In this document: piece by piece, positions 1-10,271 of the stretch
Layout: each line of letters opens with the position of its first letter
How positions within the stretch are numbered: position 1 is the stretch's first letter
Virus record (IMG/VR): IMGVR_UViG_3300005265_000001
Span: 41,898-105,897 of that record
Direction: 5' to 3' (one strand)
Source of the DNA: a virus
Length of the DNA stretch: 64,000 nt
The notes under the pieces: generated by a model
What the model was told of the DNA's origin: nothing
Seen by the model: the letters and a program-made list of their open reading frames with translations, nothing else
Databases searched by the model: none
Translations under genes and position numbers: made by a program

Positions 1-2
1 CT

Positions 3-206
3 ATTTCATCATTAAATAACAAAATTTACTATAATCATGGAAGATGGGATGCTCAAACTCCCCCTCATGATGATGGAAATAGAGAATACAACCCTCAAAC
101 AGATACTTTCACAACTGATATGGACGGTTATCTTTCAGAAGGAAATGGTGCTTTTGTTGTAAATGAGAAAATTCATGTATTTGGTGGGGGCATAGTGCCC
201 TATTAA
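3..206 (+). CDS. 3' end of a Kelch-repeat protein (partial, enters from the window edge)
   Basis: My translation of frame +3: ISSLNNKIYYNHGRW..REYNPQTDTFTT..VVNEKIHVFGGGIVPY*. Same blade pattern as the other Kelch ORFs. Confidence 0.65.
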   Translation: MSSLNNKIYYNHGRWDAQTPPHDDGNREYNPQTDTFTTDMDGYLSEGNGAFVVNEKIHVFGGGIVPY

Positions 207-219
207 AGGAAAAGCAAAA

Positions 220-705
220 ATGAAAAGTAATGATTTTGATGGACTAACATTTTCCAATGGGGCGGCTGGATGCGGATATAATTTAGCACGAAGAGAAGAC
301 ACAAGTCATTATGAATATATTCCTTTCGTTTCAAAAACAACGAAAACTGATATGCCCTATGCCGTTTATTTTCACGCTTATACAGATTTAAATAATAAAG
401 GATATTCTTTGTGTGGAAAAGATGATTATGATGATTATGCCACAACTGGATATGTTTTTGAATATTTACCCGATACTTGGGTATCTAAAACAGATTATTC
501 ACATAATTTGTCCCAAATGGGCGCCACAATAGTCAATAATAAAGTCTATGCGTTAGGGGGATATGAAGTTTATGATGATGAATTTGGATATATGCAATAT
601 GCGTCTGTGAGTTGGGTTAATTATTTAGAAAATGACACTTGGACGACAGATGAGCAAATGCCCGATTCAGTAAATCACATGGGGGCATTTAATAATGTTT
701 CTTAA
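220..705 (+). CDS. Short Kelch-like protein (2-3 blades)
   Basis: FEYLPDTWVSKTD, NNKVYALGG and ENDTWT motifs; AGGA upstream of the ATG. Confidence 0.6.
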   Translation: MKSNDFDGLTFSNGAAGCGYNLARREDTSHYEYIPFVSKTTKTDMPYAVYFHAYTDLNNKGYSLCGKDDYDDYATTGYVFEYLPDTWVSKTDYSHNLSQMGATIVNNKVYALGGYEVYDDEFGYMQYASVSWVNYLENDTWTTDEQMPDSVNHMGAFNNVS

Positions 706-1584
706 ATGAAATTTTTTCATGTTTCTCCAATAAAACCACAAGGTATTTTCAATTCAGTTAAAACACTATCGAATTATACAAAACAACCATTATATTTAAT
801 CAATTTTCCTCTACATATCCCCAAAAATATTCCGATTCATTTAAATGTTCCGTGGTCTTTTTCTAAGGTTTATCCATATTTGGTTAATACCTTATCTATT
901 TTTACAATTCATCATTCGAGTAATTTAATTGGTATCAAAAGTTTTGAAAATGTTTTTTATGTTGTATTGACAAAATGGTTGTATAATAATTTGGTTGATA
1001 ATTTGGAAAATGTTGTTTATATTCCTAATGGAATAGATTTGAATTTTTTCAAACCAAACAAATCATTTTTAGAATCCGAAAAGTTTACAATTCTAATAAA
1101 TGCCAAGAATTTCAATATGTTGTATAATATTTTAGATAAGTTGAATGAAAATGATATTAGAGTAATGATATATGGAAATCATAAGAAAATAGAAAAATCA
1201 TTTAATTTTGAAATAATAGATTGGGGTTGGGTGGAAAATAAAGTTTTGCTATTACATATTTTGAACGGTGTAGATGTTTTTATTCCTTTGTTTGGAAAAT
1301 CAATGTTACCTAATGTTATTTTAGAAAATATGGCTTGTCAGAATGTTCCAATTGTTTTAGATTATTATGGTGTAGATGAAATAATACGTAATAAAATTAA
1401 TGGTTATGTTGTTAATAACATAGATGAGTTAATTGAACAAATTTTTGTTTTGAAAGATAACAAAAAGATTTTGAGAAAAATAGGTATAAATGCAAGGACT
1501 AATGTTGATAAGTATTTTAATCCAATCATTCAAGCTAACAAATTTTTGAATTTTTATGACTCCATTTCCAAATACCATATATAA
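706..1584 (+). CDS. Glycosyltransferase, GT-B fold (GT4-like)
   Basis: YIPNGIDLNFFKP and ILENMACQNVPIV..GVDEII..NGYVV match the GT4 C-terminal domain. Confidence 0.8.
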   Translation: MKFFHVSPIKPQGIFNSVKTLSNYTKQPLYLINFPLHIPKNIPIHLNVPWSFSKVYPYLVNTLSIFTIHHSSNLIGIKSFENVFYVVLTKWLYNNLVDNLENVVYIPNGIDLNFFKPNKSFLESEKFTILINAKNFNMLYNILDKLNENDIRVMIYGNHKKIEKSFNFEIIDWGWVENKVLLLHILNGVDVFIPLFGKSMLPNVILENMACQNVPIVLDYYGVDEIIRNKINGYVVNNIDELIEQIFVLKDNKKILRKIGINARTNVDKYFNPIIQANKFLNFYDSISKYHI

Positions 1585-2065
1585 AAATGCTGAAAATTTA
1601 CAACATATTCCTTTTGAATGTTTAATGCTATTTGATAAGCACGGCAATTTATCAGTTTTTTATACGTCTTTTTCAAAAACCAAAGTAAAATTAAAGAAAA
1701 AAGAAATCAAATATCCAATTGAATCTCGCCATTTTTCTATTCATAATCATTTGAAAGATAATTCCTTTTCTCTTGTGGATATTATTACAATTATGAATTT
1801 ATTGATAAAATGGTCAATAGTTGTAACACCTAATAGATGGTTTTGCCTGGAATTGGATGTGAAAAATTTACTTTTATTGAATAGATGGGAAGAAATGCAA
1901 AAAATTAAAATGGAATGGAATCAATTGAAACGATATACCCATACAACAAACCATTATAAAATGAAAGAAATAACAAAAAAGTATCCAAACATATTTAATA
2001 GTTATATTATTTTACACAATGGAAAATTCAGTAATAAATCTAAATTCATGCTCAATAAACCATAA
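1556..2065 (+). CDS. JAB/MPN-like metalloprotein
   Basis: Upstream Glu (FECLMLFDKHG) followed by IHNHLKDNSFSLVD, an HxH..S..D pattern. Confidence 0.45.
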   Translation: MTPFPNTIYKNAENLQHIPFECLMLFDKHGNLSVFYTSFSKTKVKLKKKEIKYPIESRHFSIHNHLKDNSFSLVDIITIMNLLIKWSIVVTPNRWFCLELDVKNLLLLNRWEEMQKIKMEWNQLKRYTHTTNHYKMKEITKKYPNIFNSYIILHNGKFSNKSKFMLNKP

Positions 2066-3308
2066 AATTGAAGTATCAAATTCCACTTTAGAAATTAACT
2101 CAAGCAATGCTCAAAATGTTGATTTGAAGAATGGAAGTGCGGGTAAAATTAGTTCAAGTGATTTGTCTGAATTAAATATTGAAACGGATAATAATTCAAC
2201 CGCAATAGTTTCAACTGTAAAATCAAGCAATTTTAATGTAAAAGCTAAAGATGGATGTAATATAAATGAAGTTCAGCAAAATAGCGGAGATGTTAAGTTT
2301 TTTTCAAAAAATTATGATGAGAGATTAATAGAAAAATTTCAATCACTTTCAGATATTTTACAACATTGTTATAATACTGATGTTTCTGGAATTTGTGGTG
2401 TCTGTGGAAGTGGTGGACCTTCGCATGTTCCAAAAGGTTATATTTTTGGGGGATTTAGTGGGTCTGATGGACAACCAAGTTATTCAATTATGGATGATAT
2501 TGATGAATATGATGAAAATGGTGATTTGTGGTCGTCTAAAAGCAATTTATTATCTCCCGCAAGGGATTATACGTCGGCTTTTTATATTTCCACAAAAGGG
2601 TATATAGTTGGGGGAAGGGGTGGATATCATACTTTGGATGATACCATTGAATATACACCCGAAATTGATAGTTGTATTTTACGTGGAAATATGGTTCATG
2701 ATAGACAAGATGGCACGGCGTTTTCTATAAATAATAAAGGTTATTATAGTGGCGGATTTGGAAGTGATAGTTCCAATCAATCAAATACAAATTTTGAATA
2801 TGATGTAGCCGGGGATAGTTGGGTTACAAAACACACAATTCCCTATCCCGCAAGAAGGGAATTAAGGTCTTCTACTATAAATAATAAAGGATATTTGTTT
2901 TCTGGTTTTAATATGAGTCTTCATTATCTAAGAGATACAGAAGAGTATAATCCTTTGAATGATACATGGGTATCAAAAACAGATCATAATAGTCCAGGAC
3001 GGGGACTAAATGCGGCGTCTCCATTTGATAATAAAAGTTATATAATAGGTGGGGATACTGGTAGTTCTTATATAAATGATGTTGATGAATATGAACCTGG
3101 TGGTGATACATGGGTATCAAAAACTAATTATCCTACAATTATAGGAAGACAAGTTAGTAATAATTTATCAAATGGTATATGTGTCTTTGGAGGAGAAAAT
3201 TCATCTACAATTGTTCGAGATGTATATGAATTTAATAACAATTCATGGACTTCAAAAGCAAGTTTACCATCGCCTTCAAGAGCAAATGCGTCAGGAACAC
3301 CAATTTAA
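2019..3308 (+). CDS. Kelch beta-propeller protein with N-terminal beta-helix-like segment
   Basis: Six blades of KGY..GG...EY....D.W.SK; the N-terminal ~90 aa are N/S/I-rich. Confidence 0.8.
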   Translation: MENSVINLNSCSINHKIEVSNSTLEINSSNAQNVDLKNGSAGKISSSDLSELNIETDNNSTAIVSTVKSSNFNVKAKDGCNINEVQQNSGDVKFFSKNYDERLIEKFQSLSDILQHCYNTDVSGICGVCGSGGPSHVPKGYIFGGFSGSDGQPSYSIMDDIDEYDENGDLWSSKSNLLSPARDYTSAFYISTKGYIVGGRGGYHTLDDTIEYTPEIDSCILRGNMVHDRQDGTAFSINNKGYYSGGFGSDSSNQSNTNFEYDVAGDSWVTKHTIPYPARRELRSSTINNKGYLFSGFNMSLHYLRDTEEYNPLNDTWVSKTDHNSPGRGLNAASPFDNKSYIIGGDTGSSYINDVDEYEPGGDTWVSKTNYPTIIGRQVSNNLSNGICVFGGENSSTIVRDVYEFNNNSWTSKASLPSPSRANASGTPI

Positions 3309-3310
3309 TT

Positions 3311-3356
3311 TTTATATTATTTTTAAAAAATTGGGGAATAAAGTTTTTATATTATT
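3311..3356 (+). promoter_or_regulatory. Two copies of the putative late-promoter motif TTTATATTATT (3311-3321, 3346-3356)
   Basis: Exact motif, intergenic, upstream of the sheath gene; recurs before other late genes. Confidence 0.6.
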
Positions 3357-3385
3357 AAAAGAGAAAATAAAAGGAGAGCTATATA

Positions 3386-5761
3386 ATGGGTAGTTATGTA
3401 TCACCGGGTGGTTACGTTAGAGAAATAGATTGGAGTCTATATGCACGGTCTTTATCTTCAACTTCGGTTGGATTTATTGGTGCATTTGATAAGGGGCCAA
3501 TAAATGAGGCAACTTTAATTACTAATGTGGATGAATTAGTAAATGTTTTTGGCACACCAAATTTAAATACTTATGCGTGGGATGCCATAAAGCAATATTT
3601 AAGAAGTGGTAGAAGGGCTTGGGTTGTAAGAGTAGCGGATGATGATGCGGCAAAAGCAAAAATTGATGTAAATTCTGAAAATCAATATGGATTTATTTTG
3701 TCGTCAAATAAAAATTTGTTTACTTTTGATCCACCTTATGCTGGAACACTAAAAGGAAGTGAGGTTGAAACATATATTATAAATTCTTATGATGCCTTAA
3801 AATTTAAGGTTGATGGGAGTGATATAGTTGCTGTTAATTTAACTTCTGGAATTAAAAGCGCACAAGCAATTGTAAATGAAATCAATTCACAAACAACTGG
3901 AATTACGGCGGTTTATAATAATGGGTATGTTTGGGTTAAATCAAACACAATTGGAAGTTCATCTTCAATTGAGGCAATGGCGGTTGATTGTGTGAGACTT
4001 GATGTTGAAAGTGTTTCAGGGGATTTTACAATTGGAGAAACAATTACAGGCGGAACGTCTGGGGCAACAGGGGTTTTATATGCCACAGATAATTCAACTT
4101 ATATGGATTTACATAGTGTAACAGGAACATTTTCGCCTTCCGAAACGGTTACAGGTGGAACATCTTCTGAAACGGCTGATATTACGGCGGCGGGTGTTCA
4201 TGAAAGAACAGATGCAAATTCAACATTGGGATTTACAACAGGAACAGTTTACACTGGAAGTGACGGAAATAATACATTAAATGTTTCAATTGATGGCGGT
4301 GGGACACAAACATTTAAAATGATTCCCGATACGGCAAATGAAACAATTTCCAAAACGGCACAACAAGTTGTAAATACTATCAATGCGTCAATTTCAGGCG
4401 GAAAGGCATATAAAACTTATGATGGAAGTGTCAAAATAGTCACAGATACGATTGGAAGTTCAGGTTCGGTTCAAGTTTTGTCTTCTTCAACGGCTGATAC
4501 TGTTTTGGGATTTGATAATAATGTTCATTCTGGAAACGATTCAGCGGCTAAATGCTTTTCAGTGGAAGCTATTAATGAAGGTGTTTGGGGGAACAAAATA
4601 TCTTTAATGATATCAACTGGAACAAGAACAAATACTTTTAGATTGGCCGTGATTTATGATTCAAAAACAGTTGAAGTTTTTAATAATCTTTCAAAGGTTC
4701 AAACTTCAAGTGACTATTTTGTTAATAAAATCAATGGAGTATCAAGATATATTACAGTCACAGATAATACAGTTGAAACAAATATGCCGGCATTTGATAC
4801 TTATACTTTGGTTGGTGGAAATTCAGGAATTTCTTCTTTGAATGATGCTGATTATATAGGTATTAATACAGGGTCCACAAAAACAGGATTACAAATTTTT
4901 AGAAATGCGGAAAAATTGCAAATTAATTTACTTGCAATTCCTGGTATTTCAAGTGCGGCTGTAATTTCTGAAATGTTATCTTTGTGTGAGGATAGAGCCG
5001 ATTGTATGGCAGTGGTTGATCCACCAAGGGGCTTGACACCACAAACAGTAGTTGATTGGCATAATGGAGAAGGAATTTGGTCTGGAAGTCATACGGCTTT
5101 TAATTCAAGTTATGGGGCTTTATATTGGCCTTGGGTTAAAGTTTATGACAGTTATAATGAAATTGAAAAATGGGTTCCACCTTCAGGGTTTGCCTTGGAT
5201 AGAATGGCATATACTGATAAAATTGCGGAAGAGTGGTATGCACCTGCTGGATTTACACGTGGACGTTTAACAAATGTTCTTGGATTGGAATATGATACGT
5301 CACAAGGTGACAGGGATTATATGTATTCCGATGGAAATGCTGTCAATCCAATTGTTGACTTTACACAAGAAGGTGTTGTAATTTGGGGTCAAAGAACACT
5401 TCAAAGAAAACCAACGGCACTTGATAGAGTTAATGTTAGACGGTTGTTACTTTATATTAGAAAAGTTGTAGCAACTACTACAAAATATTTCGTCTTTGAA
5501 CCTAATGATAAATTATCATGGGCAAGATTACGAAATGCCCTTATTCCATATTTTGATTGGTTGTATGATCCTGAAACTGGTAGAGCATTGTATTATTACA
5601 AAATTCAATGCGATAAAACAACCAACACAGATTTGGATATTAACAATGGAGTAATGAGGGTTAAAATCTTCTTACAACCGGTCAAAGCGGCTGAAATTAT
5701 TGTATCAGATTTGATTCTGTTACCAACAGGCGTGACTGCGGAAGATTATGTTATTTCATAA
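3386..5761 (+). CDS. Contractile tail sheath protein (T4 gp18-like) with inserted surface domains
   Basis: N-terminal SPGGYVREID..GFIGAFDKGP; C-terminal YWPW..VPPSG..WYAPAGFTRG..WGQRTL..DRVNVRRL..FEPND. Confidence 0.95.
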   Translation: MGSYVSPGGYVREIDWSLYARSLSSTSVGFIGAFDKGPINEATLITNVDELVNVFGTPNLNTYAWDAIKQYLRSGRRAWVVRVADDDAAKAKIDVNSENQYGFILSSNKNLFTFDPPYAGTLKGSEVETYIINSYDALKFKVDGSDIVAVNLTSGIKSAQAIVNEINSQTTGITAVYNNGYVWVKSNTIGSSSSIEAMAVDCVRLDVESVSGDFTIGETITGGTSGATGVLYATDNSTYMDLHSVTGTFSPSETVTGGTSSETADITAAGVHERTDANSTLGFTTGTVYTGSDGNNTLNVSIDGGGTQTFKMIPDTANETISKTAQQVVNTINASISGGKAYKTYDGSVKIVTDTIGSSGSVQVLSSSTADTVLGFDNNVHSGNDSAAKCFSVEAINEGVWGNKISLMISTGTRTNTFRLAVIYDSKTVEVFNNLSKVQTSSDYFVNKINGVSRYITVTDNTVETNMPAFDTYTLVGGNSGISSLNDADYIGINTGSTKTGLQIFRNAEKLQINLLAIPGISSAAVISEMLSLCEDRADCMAVVDPPRGLTPQTVVDWHNGEGIWSGSHTAFNSSYGALYWPWVKVYDSYNEIEKWVPPSGFALDRMAYTDKIAEEWYAPAGFTRGRLTNVLGLEYDTSQGDRDYMYSDGNAVNPIVDFTQEGVVIWGQRTLQRKPTALDRVNVRRLLLYIRKVVATTTKYFVFEPNDKLSWARLRNALIPYFDWLYDPETGRALYYYKIQCDKTTNTDLDINNGVMRVKIFLQPVKAAEIIVSDLILLPTGVTAEDYVIS

Positions 5762-5815
5762 ATGGATGAATTAAATCCATTTTTCTCTTAAAAAACAAAA
5801 TGGAGGATATATTAA

Positions 5816-6295
5816 ATGTTAAGAGCAACACATTTAACTACTAATTTTGAACCTCAAAGGAAATTTGATTTTGAGATAGATTTTGGGGATGATATTTTGA
5901 GACTATCCGTTTCAAAGGCGTCTCTACCTTCGGGTTCAAATGAAGAAATTGAGTTAAAATATGGAAATGAAAGGGTATGGATTGCGGGTCAAGCTAATTG
6001 GGAAGCCTCTACGCTTGAAATTCGTGATACTCTTGATGCTGGAACGGCGGAAATTTTGTGGAATTGGCGTCGGCAAGTATATGATGAAGAAACGGGGGCA
6101 ATTGGACGGGCGGCAACTTATAAAAGAGTTGGGTCTTTGTTTTTACTTGCACCCGATGGGTCTGATTATAGAGAATGGCAGTTAATTGGATGTTGGCCTC
6201 AATCACTTAAAATGGGTGATTTGGATATGAGCGACAATAATATTGTTTTAATTGAGGCAACTATTCGATATGATAGGGCTGTCTTTTTGGGATAA
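5816..6295 (+). CDS. Tail tube protein (gp19-like)
   Basis: Follows the sheath; WQLIGCWP..GDLD...IEATIRYD motif. Confidence 0.9.
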   Translation: MLRATHLTTNFEPQRKFDFEIDFGDDILRLSVSKASLPSGSNEEIELKYGNERVWIAGQANWEASTLEIRDTLDAGTAEILWNWRRQVYDEETGAIGRAATYKRVGSLFLLAPDGSDYREWQLIGCWPQSLKMGDLDMSDNNIVLIEATIRYDRAVFLG

Positions 6296-6335
6296 TCAAA
6301 AAATATATTTTAAATCTTTAAAAGGAGATAAATAA

Positions 6336-7070
6336 ATGAGTGAAGTTATTAATCTGCCTTCAAATGGATGTTTTGGTTACGATAGTGAAATTTCAATTAA
6401 AGAAATGAGGGTTGGGGAAGAAAAATTACTTTCTAAAATTAACAAAGTCAATTTTACAAGAACAATGATGGACATTTTTGCACGGTTAATAGATGGAAAA
6501 GACATTGATTTTGTGAAAAATATGTTAATTTCAGATGGAAATTATTTGTATATGAAAATACGGGAATATACATACACCCCAAAATATGAATTTTCTGTAA
6601 AATGTTCAAATTGTGGTGAAATTATCAAAAATGAAATTGATATTCCCGATGATTTAAACATTACAGTTGCAGAATGTGATAAAATAGAAGGTGATGGAGA
6701 AATTACATTTACACTACCCAAATCTTCCGATGAAATTACATATCGGTTTATAAGATATGCAGATCAAATTAAAATTGAAAACAATATTAGACGATTAAAA
6801 TCAAGTGACAGTGCTATTGATTATATTTTTTCAATAGCATACGCAATTAAAACAGTGAATGGCAATGAAATGAAAATTACTGAAAAACTGAAATATGTTG
6901 AAAATCTATCAAGTTATGATTACTCATATTTACAAGAATATGTCAATTCCTTAACACCCGGTGTTGACCCATTTATAAATGTAGAATGTGGTGAATGTGG
7001 CTATGAAGATAGATATTTGATGCCATTCAATGAACACTTTTTTCGTCCAAGAGTTATTCGGAAATCCTAA
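6336..7070 (+). CDS. Tail/baseplate-hub assembly chaperone (T4 gp26-like, two CxxC)
   Basis: LPSNG start, CSNC and CGEC, FFRP end; lies between tube and tape measure. Confidence 0.75.
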   Translation: MSEVINLPSNGCFGYDSEISIKEMRVGEEKLLSKINKVNFTRTMMDIFARLIDGKDIDFVKNMLISDGNYLYMKIREYTYTPKYEFSVKCSNCGEIIKNEIDIPDDLNITVAECDKIEGDGEITFTLPKSSDEITYRFIRYADQIKIENNIRRLKSSDSAIDYIFSIAYAIKTVNGNEMKITEKLKYVENLSSYDYSYLQEYVNSLTPGVDPFINVECGECGYEDRYLMPFNEHFFRPRVIRKS

Positions 7071-7227
7071 TTTAGCCGAAATACTTTCAATTCAATATTA
7101 TTTATCAAAATTCCTTCACCTTTCTATTAGTGAACAGGATATTTTAAATGTTTCAGAATTTCAATTCTTTTGGGAAAAGTTGAAAGAAGAAAATGAACAA
7201 CAGGAATATGTAGAAGATGGCTACTAA
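7030..7227 (+). CDS. Small tail assembly chaperone extension (possibly a frameshift product)
   Basis: Overlaps the chaperone in the +1 frame across TTTTTTC; no obvious SD; ends at the tape measure start. Confidence 0.55.
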   Translation: MNTFFVQELFGNPNLAEILSIQYYLSKFLHLSISEQDILNVSEFQFFWEKLKEENEQQEYVEDGY

Positions 7228-9745
7228 AGACACAGAAAAAACAGAAGCATTAACCGGGGATTTTGAGCAAGATATTAAACGGCCAAAGGCTGTAATAAAA
7301 GACATTCTTTCAATGCTTGAATTACTTTCCCAACGGGGGGGTAAAACAGGCAAATCTTTTGAGGGAATGTATAATATTATAAAGGACGTTTCATCATTAA
7401 AATTAAGTAAAGAACAAATTGAAAAGTTGACAGGTGTTTTATATGGATATGGTCAGACAATGGCTGACATATCTAATAAAGGTGAAACGTGGAACACTAT
7501 TAATAATGCTTTGGCATATACAATGAACATGCGGTTACGTGGTGTTCTTGAAAATTTGATGAGGGATTTTACGGAAGTTAGAAAAGAAGGTTCCAAAACA
7601 AATGCTGTAATTAAGGCCATTATTGGAAACATTGTAAAATATGGTAGAATGTATTTAGGTATTCATACATTCAGAAAGTCTTTTTTAATGACGGCACATT
7701 TACAAGATGAGGCAGTTGAACTTACTGAATTAACTGATAAATACAAAAATGTATTTGAAGCACGTCGGGCACTTATCAAATTTTTTAATCAAATTCCTAT
7801 TTATGCCGAAAATGCTGTGAAGGTTTTGGGGGAATTGTGGAAAAGTGGGTTTACAGGTGGAAAAGAGAAGGCGGAAGAATTTGCAATGGGAATTGCCAAA
7901 ATATTTCAAGCGGTCAAGTATTTAAATAATGAAGTTTTGGTTAAAGGTGCCGTTGGGTTTGAAAAAGTGGGCCTTTCAATCCATGCTTATCAAACCATAG
8001 TGGGAAACTTAATTCAATTAAAACGCCATGCACAAGCCACAACTGAACAAATCAATAGAGCTTTACAGGATGCAGTGGAAAATCATGCAACTTTAGCGTC
8101 AATAGCAAAAGAACAACATAAAAATTTAGTAGAAGTTGTAAGTGATTATAATAGAGCGTCAATTGCGGCCAATAAACTTGGAAAGGGTGGTAATGAATTA
8201 TTTCAACAAATGTTCAAAGCATATAGAACTAAAGATTATGCTGTTTTAATGGATTTATTTGGGCCAAAATTGGGAAAAATGGTCACTGTTACAATAGATC
8301 AAATGAGAAAAGGTGGAAAAGGATTTACTGAAACTTTTGATGCAATGTTAAAAACAATAATGAGAAGTGGAAATTTTAATGAGGCACTTCTTAAACACTT
8401 AGGTTTTGATGTTTCAACGGAACAAATTAAAAGATTTAGATTGCAATATGATAGATTTATGAAATCCGCAAAACATATTGATTTTGAGGCGGGAGCTGAG
8501 CATTTTGAAGAAGCTGTTCATAAATATGAAAAAACATGGGAAGCATTTAATAAAAATTTTGTAAATCAATTTAAAGGTGCATTTTTAACAGTTGGAACAT
8601 ATTTACTTGATTTTTTTAACAAACATAAAGAAACTATTAATAAATTTTTACATACAATTTCCGGGTTTATCAAAAATCACCCCATTGTTACAATGTTAGC
8701 GGGTGGGGCTTTAACATTTGGGTCCGGAAGTTTGATTAAAACATTATTTAGTAAGATTTTTGGGGGATTTTTTGGAAAAGGTGTGTCTGATAATACCAAA
8801 AAAACCGCCACAAACACAGGTCGTATTTATAGACTTTTATTAAGAGGTGGTATGTTTGAAGGCGGGGCAATTACAAAATTAAGAGGGGCAATTTTATCAA
8901 GATTGGGAATTGATAGTTTCAAATCAATGTTTACGGCAAGTTTGCCCGCTATGTTTTCAAATTTATTTGGTGGTGGAATGATAGGAAGTATTGCTGGAAT
9001 AGTTGGTCCTATTGTAATGGTTATATTGGGATCAATTGCAGTTTATACAATTGTTTCCAAAATTTTCAAATTTTTTGGATGGGATAAAAAAATAGAAGAG
9101 GCAAGTGCAAAATTTTTCAATGATGTTGAAAGGGAACGTAAAAAAATTACAGGATTTTATGAAAAAGAAAGAGTGGCAAAACAAGAAAAAGTTTATCTTG
9201 ATGTTCATAAAGGGGATATAATCAAGTGGAAAAATGAATTAGTAAAGGCCGGATTGATATCAAGTGGCGAAAAATATGGGCTTGGAGAAAGTTTATCAAA
9301 AATTTGGCAAGCAAAACAAATGGGATTAAATGGAACAGAAAATTTAACAAATAAAGAAATGGTTATAATTGCACGCAAAATGGAAAATGAAAGATGGGGC
9401 GGAAAAACATATTCGGCTTGGGATAGGGGTATATTAACACTTTATCAACTTGAATCATATTTACCATTTTTGAAAAAATATAGTCAAAAACGGGCCGCTG
9501 AATATATAGAAAGAGAAAAACTTGTCACAACAGAAGGACGTGGACCTGTAACTTTAAATGATGTTAGACAAGTAATTGAAATCCCAGAAGCCAAAGAATT
9601 ATCAAGTTCCGCACAAAATTTACAAATATCTTCTGATAATTTGAATAAAGCAACAGATAAATTATTAGCATTGGTAAATGGTATTCCAACATTAAACCAT
9701 TCAACTCAAAACCAAAGTCTTGCGAGATCATGGGGGGTTCCTTAA
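7217..9745 (+). CDS. Tape measure protein
   Basis: Long helical protein with Gly-rich hydrophobic segments, in the canonical position. Confidence 0.8.
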   Translation: MATKDTEKTEALTGDFEQDIKRPKAVIKDILSMLELLSQRGGKTGKSFEGMYNIIKDVSSLKLSKEQIEKLTGVLYGYGQTMADISNKGETWNTINNALAYTMNMRLRGVLENLMRDFTEVRKEGSKTNAVIKAIIGNIVKYGRMYLGIHTFRKSFLMTAHLQDEAVELTELTDKYKNVFEARRALIKFFNQIPIYAENAVKVLGELWKSGFTGGKEKAEEFAMGIAKIFQAVKYLNNEVLVKGAVGFEKVGLSIHAYQTIVGNLIQLKRHAQATTEQINRALQDAVENHATLASIAKEQHKNLVEVVSDYNRASIAANKLGKGGNELFQQMFKAYRTKDYAVLMDLFGPKLGKMVTVTIDQMRKGGKGFTETFDAMLKTIMRSGNFNEALLKHLGFDVSTEQIKRFRLQYDRFMKSAKHIDFEAGAEHFEEAVHKYEKTWEAFNKNFVNQFKGAFLTVGTYLLDFFNKHKETINKFLHTISGFIKNHPIVTMLAGGALTFGSGSLIKTLFSKIFGGFFGKGVSDNTKKTATNTGRIYRLLLRGGMFEGGAITKLRGAILSRLGIDSFKSMFTASLPAMFSNLFGGGMIGSIAGIVGPIVMVILGSIAVYTIVSKIFKFFGWDKKIEEASAKFFNDVERERKKITGFYEKERVAKQEKVYLDVHKGDIIKWKNELVKAGLISSGEKYGLGESLSKIWQAKQMGLNGTENLTNKEMVIIARKMENERWGGKTYSAWDRGILTLYQLESYLPFLKKYSQKRAAEYIEREKLVTTEGRGPVTLNDVRQVIEIPEAKELSSSAQNLQISSDNLNKATDKLLALVNGIPTLNHSTQNQSLARSWGVP

Positions 9746-9750
9746 AATAA

Positions 9751-10269
9751 ATGAATAGCACAGAATTTTTAAATCAATGTTACATAAAAGACCTGGTTGA
9801 TGAATGGATTTATAAATTTCAATTGATGCCAAATGAAATAACACTTGAAAAAGGAACTAATTGGGAAGATGTGGAAATTCCTGGGCGGTCTGTTCCACTA
9901 AAATTTTATAGGTCGTCAAATTCTGAAAAATTATTATTAAATTTGCAATTAGTAACATCTATGTTTCAAGGGGATAATGCTGAGGCTATGGTTTATCAAG
10001 CTATAAGAAATTTAAAATCAATGCCTTATCCTGATTATTCTGGAAGATATGTTAAACCACCGCATAAATATTTAATTGTGATTAGTAACACTTTTAATGA
10101 CCCAACTTTTGATATGTATCAATATATTGCAGTTTGTCGAAATGTTAGAGTCACTTATAAATTACCTTATGATTTTACAAGCGGTCGATCAATGTATGTT
10201 GAAGTTCAAGCGGATTTTGAAGAGGTAAGAGATGAACCTTATGATTTGAATATAATTAGAGGTGTTTAA
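9751..10269 (+). CDS. Tail tube initiator / baseplate protein
   Basis: FQLMPNEI...W....IPGRS.P..Y pattern; follows the tape measure. Confidence 0.65.
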   Translation: MNSTEFLNQCYIKDLVDEWIYKFQLMPNEITLEKGTNWEDVEIPGRSVPLKFYRSSNSEKLLLNLQLVTSMFQGDNAEAMVYQAIRNLKSMPYPDYSGRYVKPPHKYLIVISNTFNDPTFDMYQYIAVCRNVRVTYKLPYDFTSGRSMYVEVQADFEEVRDEPYDLNIIRGV

Positions 10270-10271
10270 AA

